A DNA stretch of 64,000 nucleotides from assembly GCA_016218805.1 (NCBI GenBank), contig JACRCW010000065.1:94040-158039 (forward strand), read 5' to 3'. The position numbers were made by a program, and so were the translations under genes. The notes below the pieces were generated by a model, which made no database searches, was not told the DNA's origin, and saw only the letters and a program-made list of their open reading frames with translations. This document shows, piece after piece, positions 9,505-19,509 of the stretch (position 1 is its first letter; the number at the start of each line of letters is the position of its first letter). Source of the stretch: Deltaproteobacteria bacterium (GTDB lineage: Bacteria; Myxococcota; JACRCW01).

Positions 9505-10008
9505 TCACCGATCTGAGTACTCGCGCGAACGCTGCCGCGGCACCATGAACGGGTCCTCGCCCTCCCACAGCTGCCCGCGGATGCGGCCGCGCGCCGTGGA
9601 CCGGTCCTGGGCCACGTTGCCCATCCACTTCTCTCCGGTCCACGCACCGGCCAGCGCCAGGAAGAACGCAATGCCCCCGCCCACCAGCAGCTTGCCCATG
9701 GACATGTTCATCCACGGCGTGGGCATGAACACTGACATCAGCATGGAGATGAACACGGACACAAACGCGCCCACCGCCGGCTCCGCCAGCCGCACGCCCG
9801 GCGAGATCACCCCCACCGCACACCCGCCCAAGAAGAAGCTGGCCAGGTGCATCCCCGTCATCACCCGCAGGTGCAGCATGGGGGACACGTACGTCCCCAC
9901 AATCAGCGGCCCCAGGAACTTCCCCAGCAGGATCTCCGCCGCGGTGTACAGGCCCACGCTGGCCACGCACCAGGCTACCGAGAACTCCTTCGACGACGGT
10001 TCGGACAT
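9505..10008 (-). CDS. Hypothetical multi-pass membrane protein
   Basis: ATG at 10008 with GGAGG RBS; about four TM segments; directly downstream of the CRP gene. Confidence 0.7.
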   Translation of the reverse strand: MSEPSSKEFSVAWCVASVGLYTAAEILLGKFLGPLIVGTYVSPMLHLRVMTGMHLASFFLGGCAVGVISPGVRLAEPAVGAFVSVFISMLMSVFMPTPWMNMSMGKLLVGGGIAFFLALAGAWTGEKWMGNVAQDRSTARGRIRGQLWEGEDPFMVPRQRSREYSDR

Positions 10009-10030
10009 ACGGGCCTCCGCGCCACCCAGA

Positions 10031-10720
10031 TCAGTCCTGCCCCGCGCCCTCAACCTCAAAGCCCGGCTTGAGCAGGATGTACTTGCCATCCATCTCAATG
10101 AGGCCACGGCGCTGGAATTCATTGAGCGCCCGGCTCACCGTCTCGCGTGAGGTGCCCACCATGGCGGCAATGTGCTGCTGCGTGGGGCGCTCGCGGATCT
10201 CCAGGCCGTCCTCGCGTTGCACGCCGTCATGCTTGCCCAGGTCCAGCAGGAACCGCGCCACGCGGCCGTACACGTCCAGCAGCGCCAGGTTGCCAATGCT
10301 CTCATCCGCGCGGCGCAGGCGCCGGCTCAACTCCGCCAGGATGGGGATGGCCATCTGCGGGCCGCCGCGCAGCACCTGGTGGAACGCGTCCCGGGACAGC
10401 ACCAGCGCGCGCGTGGGCTCAATGGCGCGGACGTTGGCGCTGCGCGGCTGGTTGTCCAGCAGGCTCATCTCGCCAAAGAAGTCCCCCTCCTTGAGCACGC
10501 TGAGGATCACCTCGCGGCCGCTCTCGCCGTACAGCACCACCTTCACCTTGCCCGCGCCAATGATGAACAGCGCGTCCCCGGGGTCCTCCGCGCCGACGAT
10601 GAGCGCGTCCTTCTCAAACGACCGCTCCACGGTGCCGGCGGCCAGGACGTCCAGCTCCTTGTCCGACAGCGCGGCGAAAATGGACACCTTCCTCAGCAAC
10701 TCGCGGTGATTGGCCATCAT
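10031..10720 (-). CDS. CRP/FNR family transcriptional regulator with intact cNMP-binding motifs
   Basis: [17 protein letters not shown] cyclic-nucleotide pocket; [21 protein letters not shown]. Confidence 0.92.
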   Translation of the reverse strand: MMANHRELLRKVSIFAALSDKELDVLAAGTVERSFEKDALIVGAEDPGDALFIIGAGKVKVVLYGESGREVILSVLKEGDFFGEMSLLDNQPRSANVRAIEPTRALVLSRDAFHQVLRGGPQMAIPILAELSRRLRRADESIGNLALLDVYGRVARFLLDLGKHDGVQREDGLEIRERPTQQHIAAMVGTSRETVSRALNEFQRRGLIEMDGKYILLKPGFEVEGAGQD

Positions 10721-10865
10721 GTCTGCCCCATGCGAAACGCGCCGCCCGGCCACCGGTGCGGGGGGCCGAAGCCTAGCGCGGACCGCTGCCCGCCGTCCCC
10801 TGCCGCGGCAGGTGCACGGCGCAACGGTTGGGGCTAAGGAGCCCCGGCCCCCACGCGGGAACCCC

Positions 10866-11066
10866 ATGCAGCTCACCGTCAACGGCGAACCCCGATCCTT
10901 CGACCGGCCCCTGACCGTGGCCGAGTTTGTGTCCACCCTGGGCCTGGGCGCCGAGCGGGTGGCCATTGAGCTCAACCGCGCCGTGGTGCCGCGCCGGGAC
11001 CACGCCACCACCGCGCTGCGCGAAGGTGACGTCCTGGAAGTGGTCACGTTTGTGGGCGGGGGCTGA
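10866..11066 (+). CDS. thiS: Sulfur carrier protein ThiS
   Basis: MQLTVNGE...[12 protein letters not shown]...EVVTFVGGG with C-terminal GG; adjacent to thiG. Confidence 0.95.
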   Translation: MQLTVNGEPRSFDRPLTVAEFVSTLGLGAERVAIELNRAVVPRRDHATTALREGDVLEVVTFVGGG

Positions 11067-11076
11067 GGAGAAAGAC

Positions 11077-11877
11077 GTGACAAGCGCCGCCTTCCACGAC
11101 GATCCGCTGGTGCTGGGGCCGTACTCCTTTGGGAGCCGGCTGTTGGCGGGAACCGGCAAGTTCAAGGACAACGCGGAGACGCTGGAGGCGCTGACCGCCA
11201 GCGGCGCCGAGGTGGTCACCGTGGCAGTCCGCCGCGTGAACCTGAAAGCGGGGACGGACGGGAACCTGTTTGACCTGCTGTCCGGGCGGTTCCAGCTGCT
11301 GCCCAACACGGCGGGCTGCTTCACGGCGGATGACGCGGTGCGCACCTGCCACCTGGCGCGGGAACTGCTGGGCGAAAAGCACGGCCGCATGGTGAAGCTG
11401 GAAGTCATTGGTGACGCCAAGACGCTGTTCCCCGACGGAGCGGCCACGGTGGAAGCCGCGGCAAAGCTGGTGAAGGACGGCTTCATTGTGCTGCCGTACA
11501 TCACGGATGACCCGGTGCTGGCGCTGCGCTGCCAGGACGCGGGCTGCGCGGCGGTGATGCCGCTGGCGGCGCCCATCGGGTCAGGCCTGGGCATGCGCAA
11601 CCCGTACAACATCCGCATCATCCTGGAGCAGGCCCGCGTCCCGGTGATTGTGGATGCCGGGGTGGGCACCGCCTCGGACGCGGCTCTGGTGATGGAGCTG
11701 GGGTGCCACGGCGTGCTGATGAACACCGCCATTGCGCTGGCCAAGGAGCCGGTGTGGATGGCGGAGGCCATGCGTGACGCGGTGCGCGCGGGCCGGATGG
11801 CATTCAAGGCCGGACGAATTCCACGGAAACTCCATGCTTCCGCCTCCAGCCCGCTTGACGGGCTGGTGGGCACGTGA
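11077..11877 (+). CDS. thiG: Thiazole synthase
   Basis: GTG at 11077 with [57 protein letters not shown]. Confidence 0.97.
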   Translation: MTSAAFHDDPLVLGPYSFGSRLLAGTGKFKDNAETLEALTASGAEVVTVAVRRVNLKAGTDGNLFDLLSGRFQLLPNTAGCFTADDAVRTCHLARELLGEKHGRMVKLEVIGDAKTLFPDGAATVEAAAKLVKDGFIVLPYITDDPVLALRCQDAGCAAVMPLAAPIGSGLGMRNPYNIRIILEQARVPVIVDAGVGTASDAALVMELGCHGVLMNTAIALAKEPVWMAEAMRDAVRAGRMAFKAGRIPRKLHASASSPLDGLVGT

Positions 11878-12707
11878 GCGCGACGATGCACCTGACGACC
11901 CTCCTCTCCCACAGCGTGTTCTTTCTCCTGGCCCAGGCGGAGGGCGCTCCGCCACCGGCGGAAGCGGCCCCACCGGCGGCCGTGATGCCGGACCCCGCGC
12001 CCGCCCCGGCGCCGGAGATGGCGCCCGCGCCGGCCATGCCGCCGACGACGGAAGCGGCACCCGCGCCCGGTCCCGTGGCGGCGCCCGGCAACCCGCGCCA
12101 CTGGCGTCTGTCCAAGGTGGAAGTGCCCGGCAGCGGGGGCGCCCGCCTGGAGGTCCGCGTGCTGCGCGCGGATGAGACCGCGGTCAGCCTGGGTGAAGGG
12201 CTGGCCGACGTGGGCGACACCAAGAAGCTGCAGGACCGCGCCGCGCGCCTGGATGACAGCCAGACGGGTTGGCAGGCCATCCTGGGCCGCGTGGTGGTCC
12301 TGGGCGTGGGCGGCAGTCTGACGGTGGCGGGCCTGCTGGCGGCCGGCCTGGGCGCGGGTTTCTGGGCGTGGTCCAGCGGTGGCCTGCCGGACAGCCTGCC
12401 GGCCCAGGTGTCATCCATCGTCGTGTCCGGGCCGTCCATCCTGCTGACCGGGCTCATTGCCGCGGCCATTGGGTTGTTCACGGTGGTGACCACGGCAGCG
12501 TTGTGGGCGTGGTTCATGTTGCGCGGCCCGCCGCCGGCGGACCCCGCGGTGGTGCAGGCCCTGGGCGCCGCGCTGGCGTGGGAGGAGAAGGAAGCGCTGG
12601 ACGTGGTGCGCCGCCACAATGAGCGCATGGACACCGAGGACCGCGGTGCGGCCGCCGGCATGCAGCCGCCGGTTGCCGAGACGCCTGCTCCGGCGCCTGC
12701 GCCGTGA
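11874..12707 (+). CDS. Hypothetical membrane protein (paralog A), Pro/Ala-rich ends
   Basis: Start overlaps the thiG stop; two TM helices; shares motifs with the next gene. Confidence 0.7.
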   Translation: MSATMHLTTLLSHSVFFLLAQAEGAPPPAEAAPPAAVMPDPAPAPAPEMAPAPAMPPTTEAAPAPGPVAAPGNPRHWRLSKVEVPGSGGARLEVRVLRADETAVSLGEGLADVGDTKKLQDRAARLDDSQTGWQAILGRVVVLGVGGSLTVAGLLAAGLGAGFWAWSSGGLPDSLPAQVSSIVVSGPSILLTGLIAAAIGLFTVVTTAALWAWFMLRGPPPADPAVVQALGAALAWEEKEALDVVRRHNERMDTEDRGAAAGMQPPVAETPAPAPAP

Positions 12708-12740
12708 TCCAGCTCGCCCGGGCGTGACGGGACGGGGGAC

Positions 12741-13496
12741 ATGACACCGCGGAAGGGCCGCATGGCCGCGTCCACCGCGGCGTGCGTGGTGACGTCGCTG
12801 TGGGCGGCCGTGACCGCGCGCGCGGACGGCGCGGCACCCGTGGACCCCGCGGCGCAGGCGCGCGTGGCGCCTCGGTTGTGGCGGGTGGAGGCGCCGCCTG
12901 AGGTCACCGGGCGGGTCCGCGTGCTCACCGCGTTTGGCCGGCCCATCAGCCTGGCGGAGGGATACGACGACGCAGGCCTGTCCACTCGGCTGGTGGAGCA
13001 TGCGCGCCGCACGCAGCAGCAGCAGGGTGGCGTGGACCGCGAATTGCTGCGGCGGGGCGTGGTGCTGGTGGTGGCGGCGGGGATGGGCGCCGCGGGGCTG
13101 ACGGGGGTGGCTGCCGGCGGGACGCTGCTGGTGCTGGGGAGGATCTCACCGCAACCGCCCGCCGTGCTGCGCTGGTTCACGGAGGTCCCGCGGATGGGCC
13201 CCCCCTTGGCCCTGGGCGGCCTGGCCCTGCTGGGCGCCGCCGTCGCCGCGGGTGTGGCGGGTGGGATCCTGGCAGGGCTCTACGTGGTGCGGCCGCCGCC
13301 GCCGGATCCCGCCTTGGTGGACGCGCTGGGCGCAGGCACCGCGTGGGACCCGGCTGACGCGGACGAGGTGGTGCGGGTGCACAACGCGCGGCAGTGGGCG
13401 CAAGCGGGCGTGGCCCCAGCGCCCACCGCGCAGACGCCGCCGCCCGCGCCCGTCCCGCGGAAACCGCCGCGTGGCACCAAGGGGGGCAGGCGGTGA
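12741..13496 (+). CDS. Hypothetical membrane protein (paralog B)
   Basis: Signal-like N-terminus, two TM helices, PPPxDPAxVxALGAxxAW...VVRxHNxR shared with paralog A. Confidence 0.7.
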   Translation: MTPRKGRMAASTAACVVTSLWAAVTARADGAAPVDPAAQARVAPRLWRVEAPPEVTGRVRVLTAFGRPISLAEGYDDAGLSTRLVEHARRTQQQQGGVDRELLRRGVVLVVAAGMGAAGLTGVAAGGTLLVLGRISPQPPAVLRWFTEVPRMGPPLALGGLALLGAAVAAGVAGGILAGLYVVRPPPPDPALVDALGAGTAWDPADADEVVRVHNARQWAQAGVAPAPTAQTPPPAPVPRKPPRGTKGGRR

Positions 13497-14116
13497 ACCC
13501 GGTGGTCTGGGTCCTGACGGACGACGAGGTGGAACCCGCGCGGATTGCGGCGGGCTGGGGGGCGATCACCGCGCGCGTCCCGGGTGGGCGTGCGGGCCTG
13601 TCCATCCGCAACCGCGTTCTGGAAACGCGCGCGCTGCTGGAACTGTGCCGCAACTGCGTGGGGGCGGGCGGCCCTGTCGTCGTCAGCCGGCGGGTGGACC
13701 TGGCGTGCGTGGTGGACGGGCTGGGGGTTCACCTGCCCGCGGGCGGCCTGCCCACCGCGGAGGTGCGGCGCCTGCTCCCCGCCGGGCGGCTGCTGTTGCG
13801 TGCCGCGCATGATGCGGACGAACTGCGCGCTGCCGCCGGTGCAGATGCGGTGCTGGTATCCCCCGTGTTCATGCCGCGTTCGCATGCGCCAGTCCGTCCG
13901 CCCCTGGGGAACGGTGGCCTTGCGCGGCTGGTCCGCTTGACGACGACGCCGGTGGTGGCGCTGGGGGGCATCCGAGCGCAGGACGTCTCCCTGGTGCGCG
14001 CGGCCGGCGCATCCGGAATGGCGGTGATCCGCGAGGCCTGGGGCGCTGCCGACCCGGCGGAGGCGGTGGCCGCGCTGGTTGCGGCGTGGGATGCGGCGGC
14101 GGGCGGATTGGGGTAA
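13493..14116 (+). CDS. thiE: Thiamine-phosphate synthase / TenI family protein (divergent)
   Basis: GTG overlaps the upstream stop; GVHLP, AAHD, SPVF, PVVALGGI, AGASGMAVI; thi context. Confidence 0.7.
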   Translation: MNPVVWVLTDDEVEPARIAAGWGAITARVPGGRAGLSIRNRVLETRALLELCRNCVGAGGPVVVSRRVDLACVVDGLGVHLPAGGLPTAEVRRLLPAGRLLLRAAHDADELRAAAGADAVLVSPVFMPRSHAPVRPPLGNGGLARLVRLTTTPVVALGGIRAQDVSLVRAAGASGMAVIREAWGAADPAEAVAALVAAWDAAAGGLG

Positions 14117-14142
14117 GCGCGCGCGCCGGAGGTACCCCGCCC

Positions 14143-14538
14143 ATGAACTGCAGCGTCGTTGAATCCGCGTCCGCACCCCGGGCCATCGGCCCTTACAGCC
14201 AGGCCATTGAGCTCAAGGTGGGCGATACCCGCATGCTCTACACCTCCGGGCAGATCCCGCTCGACCCGGTCACGGGCAACCTCGTGGAAGGCGGCATCGA
14301 CGTCGCCACCGAGCGCGTGATGAACAACCTCCAGGCCGTGCTGGCCGCCGCCCGGATGGACTTCTCCCACGTGGTGAAGACCACCATCTTCCTGGTGGAC
14401 CTGGCGGACTTTGCCAAGGTGAACGAGGTGTACGGGCGCGCGTTCACCGCGGCGCCGCCCGCGCGTTCCACCGTGCAGGTGGCCGCGCTTCCCAAGGGGG
14501 CCCGCGTGGAGATTGAGATGGTCGCCGCGCGCACCTGA
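14143..14538 (+). CDS. ridA: RidA family reactive intermediate deaminase
   Basis: APRAIGPYSQA, SGQIP, PARSTVQVAALPKGARVEIE. Confidence 0.92.
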   Translation: MNCSVVESASAPRAIGPYSQAIELKVGDTRMLYTSGQIPLDPVTGNLVEGGIDVATERVMNNLQAVLAAARMDFSHVVKTTIFLVDLADFAKVNEVYGRAFTAAPPARSTVQVAALPKGARVEIEMVAART

Positions 14539-14570
14539 GCCCGCCGGGCCGGGAGGATCCCCCGCCGCCA

Positions 14571-14666
14571 CCTGGGAGGGCGAGCCTCCCGGCGAGCCAC
14601 GGCGCGCGGTTGTCACGCATGGAAGAAGGACGGACGCGGGCTCGGCAGGAGCCTCGCCCTCCCAGG
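14571..14666. repeat. REPIN-like 28-bp inverted repeat between convergent ridA and mreB
   Basis: Left arm CCTGGGAGGGCGAGCCTCCCGGCGAGCC (14571-14598); right arm GGCTCGGCAGGAGCCTCGCCCTCCCAGG (14639-14666); 25/28 complementary. Confidence 0.8.
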
Positions 14667-14685
14667 CCGCCCGCTTGCCGGCGAC

Positions 14686-15741
14686 TCAGATCAGCAGGTT
14701 CTTGTAGGTGTCCAGCTCCTCAAGCACCTTGCCCACGCCGTCCACCACCGCGTGCAGCGGGTTCTCCGCCAGGAACACCGGCAGCCCGCATTCTTCGCTC
14801 AGCAGCACGTCCAGCGCGGCAATCTGGCTGCCGCCGCCGCACAGCACAATCCCGCGGTCAATGATGTCCGCGCTCAGCTCCGGCGGCGTCTTCTCCAGCG
14901 TCGCCTTCACGGCGCCCACAATCGCGCGGATGCAGTCCTGCAGCGCTTCGCGGATTTCCACGCTGGTCACGTTGATGGAGCGCGGCACACCCGTGATGAG
15001 GTCCCGGCCCTTCACCTCCAGGTCCAGTTCCTCCTCCAACGAGTGCGCACTGCCGATCTTCATCTTGATGATTTCCGCCGTCCGCTCACCGACGAGGATG
15101 TTGTGCTTCTTGCGGATGTAGTTGATGATCGCCTCGTCCATCTTGTCGCCGGCCACGCGCAGCGTCTGGAAGCACACCAGGCCGCCCAGCGAGATCACCG
15201 CCACGTCCGTGGTCCCGCCGCCAATGTCCACAATCATGGAACCGCGCGCGTCCTGCACCGGCAGCCCCGCGCCCACCGCGGCCGCCATCGGCTGCTCAAT
15301 GAGGTACACCTCGCGCACGCCCGCGCCCTCTGCGGCCTCGCGCACCGCCTTCATCTCAATGCTGGTGATGCCCGCCGGGATGGAGATGAGCACGCGGCTC
15401 TTGATGAAGTAGCTGCGCTGGTTCACCTTCTGGATGAAGTGCCGGATCATCTGCTCGGTGATCGTGAAATCCGCGATCACGCCGTCACGCATGGGTCGGA
15501 TGGCCACAATGTTGCCCGGCGTCTTGCCCAGCATCTCCTTGGCTTCGCGCCCCACCGCCAGCACCTTGGGCGTCCCGCTGCCATTCTTCACAATGGCCAC
15601 CACGGACGGCTCGTTCAGCACCACGCCCTTGCCACGGACGTGGACCAGCGTGTTCGCCGTGCCCAGGTCAATGGCCAGGTCCGCGCTGAAAAGCCCGAGC
15701 ATCTTGTTCCAGACCACGAATGTCCCCTGTTCGTTGCGCAT
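14686..15741 (-). CDS. mreB: Rod shape-determining actin homolog MreB
   Basis: IDLGTANT, EPSVVA, RPMRDGVIADF, VDIGGGTTD, TPPELSADI..RGIVLCGGG; true start could be slightly downstream. Confidence 0.95.
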   Translation of the reverse strand: MRNEQGTFVVWNKMLGLFSADLAIDLGTANTLVHVRGKGVVLNEPSVVAIVKNGSGTPKVLAVGREAKEMLGKTPGNIVAIRPMRDGVIADFTITEQMIRHFIQKVNQRSYFIKSRVLISIPAGITSIEMKAVREAAEGAGVREVYLIEQPMAAAVGAGLPVQDARGSMIVDIGGGTTDVAVISLGGLVCFQTLRVAGDKMDEAIINYIRKKHNILVGERTAEIIKMKIGSAHSLEEELDLEVKGRDLITGVPRSINVTSVEIREALQDCIRAIVGAVKATLEKTPPELSADIIDRGIVLCGGGSQIAALDVLLSEECGLPVFLAENPLHAVVDGVGKVLEELDTYKNLLI

Positions 15742-15888
15742 GCAGGGGCACCCTGCAAGAGGGGCACCAGTGGCGCGAGCGACGGAACGTAGACGTCAGT
15801 CAGGCCACCCCGTCAAGCCACCCCCCGCCCAGACAATGCGCCGCCGCGCCGGACGTCCCCCCGCCCCGGGCGGGGGAGGCCAGCCGCC

Positions 15889-15916
15889 TTGACGGGAGAG
15901 CCCGTTCGTCTAGCGT
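15889..15916 (+). promoter_or_regulatory. Putative sigma70-type promoter for ileS
   Basis: TTGACG-N16-TAGCGT ending about 65 nt upstream of the ileS ATG. Confidence 0.35.
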
Positions 15917-15980
15917 CGCCCGCTCCGTCGCGGAGCCCGGGCACGCCGCCCGCCCCGTCGACGGGCGCGCTGCACCCGAC

Positions 15981-18900
15981 ATGATCTCCCCCGAGAAGAC
16001 GCCCTACGCCCCCGTCAGCCACGACGTGAACATCCCCGCCCAGGAGGCCGAGATCCTCGCAGCCTGGGACCAGGGCCACACGTTTCAGAAGTCCCTGGAC
16101 GCCACCCGGGATGCTCCCTTCTACAGCTTCTATGACGGGCCCCCGTTTGCCACCGGCCTGCCGCACTACGGCCACCTGCTCGCCGGCGTCCTCAAGGACA
16201 TTGTCCCCCGCTATTGGACCATGCGCGGCCGCCACGTCCCGCGCCGCTTTGGCTGGGACTGCCACGGTCTCCCCGTGGAATACGAGATCAACAAGGCGCT
16301 CAACGTCCAGGACCGCAAGCAGATCATCGCCATGGGCGTGGACAAGTACAACGAGGCCTGCCGCGGCATTGTCACGCGCTACACCGAGGAGTGGAAGCGC
16401 ACCGTCCGGCGCATTGGCCGCTGGGTGGACATGGACCACGCGTATTTCACCATGGACCCCTCGTTCATGCAGAGCGTGTGGTGGGTCTTCAAGCGCATGT
16501 GGGACCAGGGCCTCATCTATGAGGGCTACAAGGTGGTCCCCTACTCCGTGGGCATCTCCACGCCGCTGTCCAACTTTGAGGCCAAGCAGAACTACAAGGA
16601 CGTGCAGGACCCGGCGCTGACCCTGCTTTTCAAGGTGCGCGGCGAGGAGAACCTGTTCTTCCTGGCCTGGACGACGACACCCTGGACGCTGCCGTCCAAC
16701 CTCGGCCTCGCCGTGGGGAAGGACCTGGACTACGTCCGCGTGCGCGATCCCAAGGACGGGCGGCGCTACATCGTCGCGGAGGCGCTCCGGGGCGCGGTGT
16801 TCGGCAAGCACCCGGTGGAGGAGGAGGCGCGCTTCAAGGGCGCCGAGCTCATCGGGAAGAAGTACGAGCCGCTGTTCCCGTACTTCGCCGCCAAGGAGGC
16901 GGAGGGCGCCTTCCGCGTCATTCACGCAGACCACGTCACCATCGACGCGGGCACCGGCGTGGTGCACATGGCGCCCGCGTTTGGCGAGGAGGATTTCATT
17001 GCCGGCAAGGCCGCCGGGCTGCCCATTGTGAACCCCGTGGACGACGACGGCCTGTTCACCGCCGAGGTGAAGGACTGGGCTGGCCGCAAGCTCAAGGAGG
17101 CTGACCCCGAGATCATTGCGCACCTCAAGGCGCGCGGCATTGTCTTCAAGCACGAGACGATCACGCACGCCTACCCGTTCTGCTACCGCTCCGACACGCC
17201 GCTCATCTACCGCGCCGTGACGAGCTGGTTTGTGAAGGTGGAGGCGATCAAGGCGCGCATCATCGCCGCCAACAAGCAGACCTGCTGGGTGCCGGAGACG
17301 CTGCGGGACGGGCGGTTTGGCAACTGGCTGGAAGAGGCGCGGGACTGGGCCATCAGCCGCAACCGCTTCTGGGGCACGCCGCTGCCCGTGTGGCGCAACG
17401 CCGAGGGCGAGACGATCTGCATCGGCTCCAGCGAGGAACTGGAGCAGCTCAGTGGCACACGCGTCACCGACCTGCACACGCACCACGTGGACCGGATCAC
17501 CATCCCGTCGCAGAAGGGCGGTTCGCCGCTCAAGCGCATTGAGCCGGTGCTGGACTGCTGGTTTGAGTCCGGCTCCATGCCCTACGCGGAGCACGGCTAC
17601 CCGGTCACCGGAAAGGAGCGCTTTGAAAAGGGCTTCCCGGCGGAGTTCATTGCGGAGGGTCTGGACCAGACGCGCGGCTGGTTCTACACGCTGATGGTCA
17701 TCGGCACGGCGCTGTTTGACCGCGCGCCGTTCAAGAATGTCGTCGTCAACGGGCTGGTGCTGGCCGAGGACGGCAAGAAGATGTCCAAGCGTCTGCGCAA
17801 CTACCCGGACCCCAATGAGGTGCTGGACCGCCACGGCGCCGACGCGCTGCGGCTGTACATGATTGACAGCCCGGTGGTGAAGGCGCAGGAACTCCGCTTC
17901 TCCGAAAAGGGCGTGCGCGACGTGGTGCGGCGCATCCTGCTGCGCTGGTGGAACGCGTACAGCTTCTTTGTGAACTACGCGAACATTGACGCGTTTGTGC
18001 CGCGCGGTGACGCCGAGAAGAGCCCGAACATCCTGGACCAGTGGATCCTGTCCAAGACCAACACGCTCATCCACACCGTCAACGAGGAGATGGAGAAGTA
18101 CCGGCTCTACAACGTGGTGCCTGCGCTGCTGTCATTCATTGAGGAGCTGACCAACACGTACATCCGCTTCAACCGCCGTCACTTCTGGGCGGACGGGATG
18201 CCGGAGGACAAGCGGCTGGCGTTTGAGACGCTGTACGAGGTGCTGTTGCAGACGTCCCGCGTGATGGCGCCGTTCACGCCGTTCATGGCGGACAACGTGT
18301 TCCGCAACCTGGCCCGCGTCCGGCCCGGCCTGCAGGAGAGCGTGCACCTGGAGCGTTTCCCCGCCGCGCGCGAGGAGCTGCGCAAGCCCGCCCTGGAAGC
18401 GAGCGTGGAGCGGATGGAGAAACTGGTGGAAATGGGCCGGAACCTCCGCGAGAAGATTGGCGTGAAGGCCAAGATTCCGCTCAGGACTTTGCGCGTGATC
18501 CACCGCAACCAGGCTGTGTTGGAGGACCTCAAGCGGCTGGAGGGGTACTTTGTGGAGGAGCTCAACGTCCGCGAGGTGGTGTACGACGCTGACGAGGCCG
18601 CGCACCTCACGTTTGCGTGCAAGGCGAACTTCCCGCGCCTGGGGCCGCGCCTGGGGCCGCGCATGAAGGTGTTTGCCGCGGCGGTTTCCAAGCTCAGTCC
18701 TGACGAGCTCAACCGCCTGGAGGAGGGCGGCACGCTGACCCTGGAAGGCGAGACCATCACCCGTGAGGACGTGGACATCCGCCGCGCACCGCTGCGCACG
18801 GACGTGGTGCTGGCCTCCACCGGGGCGATTTCCATTGAATTGGACCCCACGGTCACGCGCGAGCAGCAGGTGGAAGGGCTGGGCCGCGAGGTGTTGCGGC

Positions 18901-19127
18901 GCGTGCAGATGGCCCGCAAGAGTGCGCGCCTCAAGCTGGATGACCGCATCCACCTGTCGCTTGCGCTCACCGGCGAACTGCTGGAGGCCGCGCAGGCGCA
19001 CCAGGAACGCATTGCCGCGGAGGCGCTGGCGGTCTCCGTGAAGTTTGAGGCGGAGCCCACCGGCGCGTTTGTGGAGAAGTCCGACGTGGACGGCGACGCC
19101 GTTGGCGTGGGCCTGACGAAGGCGTGA
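15981..19127 (+). CDS. ileS: Isoleucine--tRNA ligase, type 2 (IleRS2)
   Basis: DGPPFATGLPHYGH, GWDCHGLP, WTTTPWTLPSN, EGLDQTRGWF, KMSKR; long C-terminus without the IleRS1 zinc finger. Confidence 0.97.
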   Translation: MISPEKTPYAPVSHDVNIPAQEAEILAAWDQGHTFQKSLDATRDAPFYSFYDGPPFATGLPHYGHLLAGVLKDIVPRYWTMRGRHVPRRFGWDCHGLPVEYEINKALNVQDRKQIIAMGVDKYNEACRGIVTRYTEEWKRTVRRIGRWVDMDHAYFTMDPSFMQSVWWVFKRMWDQGLIYEGYKVVPYSVGISTPLSNFEAKQNYKDVQDPALTLLFKVRGEENLFFLAWTTTPWTLPSNLGLAVGKDLDYVRVRDPKDGRRYIVAEALRGAVFGKHPVEEEARFKGAELIGKKYEPLFPYFAAKEAEGAFRVIHADHVTIDAGTGVVHMAPAFGEEDFIAGKAAGLPIVNPVDDDGLFTAEVKDWAGRKLKEADPEIIAHLKARGIVFKHETITHAYPFCYRSDTPLIYRAVTSWFVKVEAIKARIIAANKQTCWVPETLRDGRFGNWLEEARDWAISRNRFWGTPLPVWRNAEGETICIGSSEELEQLSGTRVTDLHTHHVDRITIPSQKGGSPLKRIEPVLDCWFESGSMPYAEHGYPVTGKERFEKGFPAEFIAEGLDQTRGWFYTLMVIGTALFDRAPFKNVVVNGLVLAEDGKKMSKRLRNYPDPNEVLDRHGADALRLYMIDSPVVKAQELRFSEKGVRDVVRRILLRWWNAYSFFVNYANIDAFVPRGDAEKSPNILDQWILSKTNTLIHTVNEEMEKYRLYNVVPALLSFIEELTNTYIRFNRRHFWADGMPEDKRLAFETLYEVLLQTSRVMAPFTPFMADNVFRNLARVRPGLQESVHLERFPAAREELRKPALEASVERMEKLVEMGRNLREKIGVKAKIPLRTLRVIHRNQAVLEDLKRLEGYFVEELNVREVVYDADEAAHLTFACKANFPRLGPRLGPRMKVFAAAVSKLSPDELNRLEEGGTLTLEGETITREDVDIRRAPLRTDVVLASTGAISIELDPTVTREQQVEGLGREVLRRVQMARKSARLKLDDRIHLSLALTGELLEAAQAHQERIAAEALAVSVKFEAEPTGAFVEKSDVDGDAVGVGLTKA

Positions 19128-19128
19128 A

Positions 19129-19506
19129 ATGATCATGGGCGTGGGGACCGACCTGGTGCACGTGCCGCGCATGGCGCGGCTGGTGGTGCGCTGGGAGCAC
19201 GACTTCCTCCGCCGCATCTTCACTGAGAACGAGATTGCGTACTGCAACCGGCACGTGGAGCCGGCGAAGCACTACGCGGCCCGGTTTGCCGCCAAGGAGG
19301 CGTTCTACAAGTCCGTGAGCGGCGGGCACCCGCTGGAACTGGGATTCCTGGATGCGTGGGTGGACAACCCGCAGCGCGCGCCCGTGCTGGGGATGTCACC
19401 CAAAGCGTGGAAATACGCGGTCGCCCGCGGCGCGAATCACTTTGATCTCAGCGTGGCGCATGACGGTGACTACGCGCTGGCGACGGTGGTGGCGTCCGCG
19501 CAGTGA
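19129..19506 (+). CDS. acpS: Holo-[acyl-carrier-protein] synthase
   Basis: GVGTDLV, RIFTENE, AARFAAKEAFYKS, SVAHDGDYA. Confidence 0.93.
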   Translation: MIMGVGTDLVHVPRMARLVVRWEHDFLRRIFTENEIAYCNRHVEPAKHYAARFAAKEAFYKSVSGGHPLELGFLDAWVDNPQRAPVLGMSPKAWKYAVARGANHFDLSVAHDGDYALATVVASAQ

Positions 19507-19509
19507 CCG

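Noticed and set aside
10031..10720. Assignment as the developmental regulator MrpC
   Set aside because: It has a canonical cNMP pocket and lacks the mrpAB context; generic CRP/FNR call kept
10721..10865. TPP riboswitch upstream of thiS
   Set aside because: No CTGAGA or GAACCTGAT core motifs; only a short GGGGCT/AGCCCC hairpin
19129..19506. acpS as a dedicated PPTase for the three-domain fusion
   Set aside because: It is 26 kb away, coupled to ileS, and the fusion has no visible carrier domain
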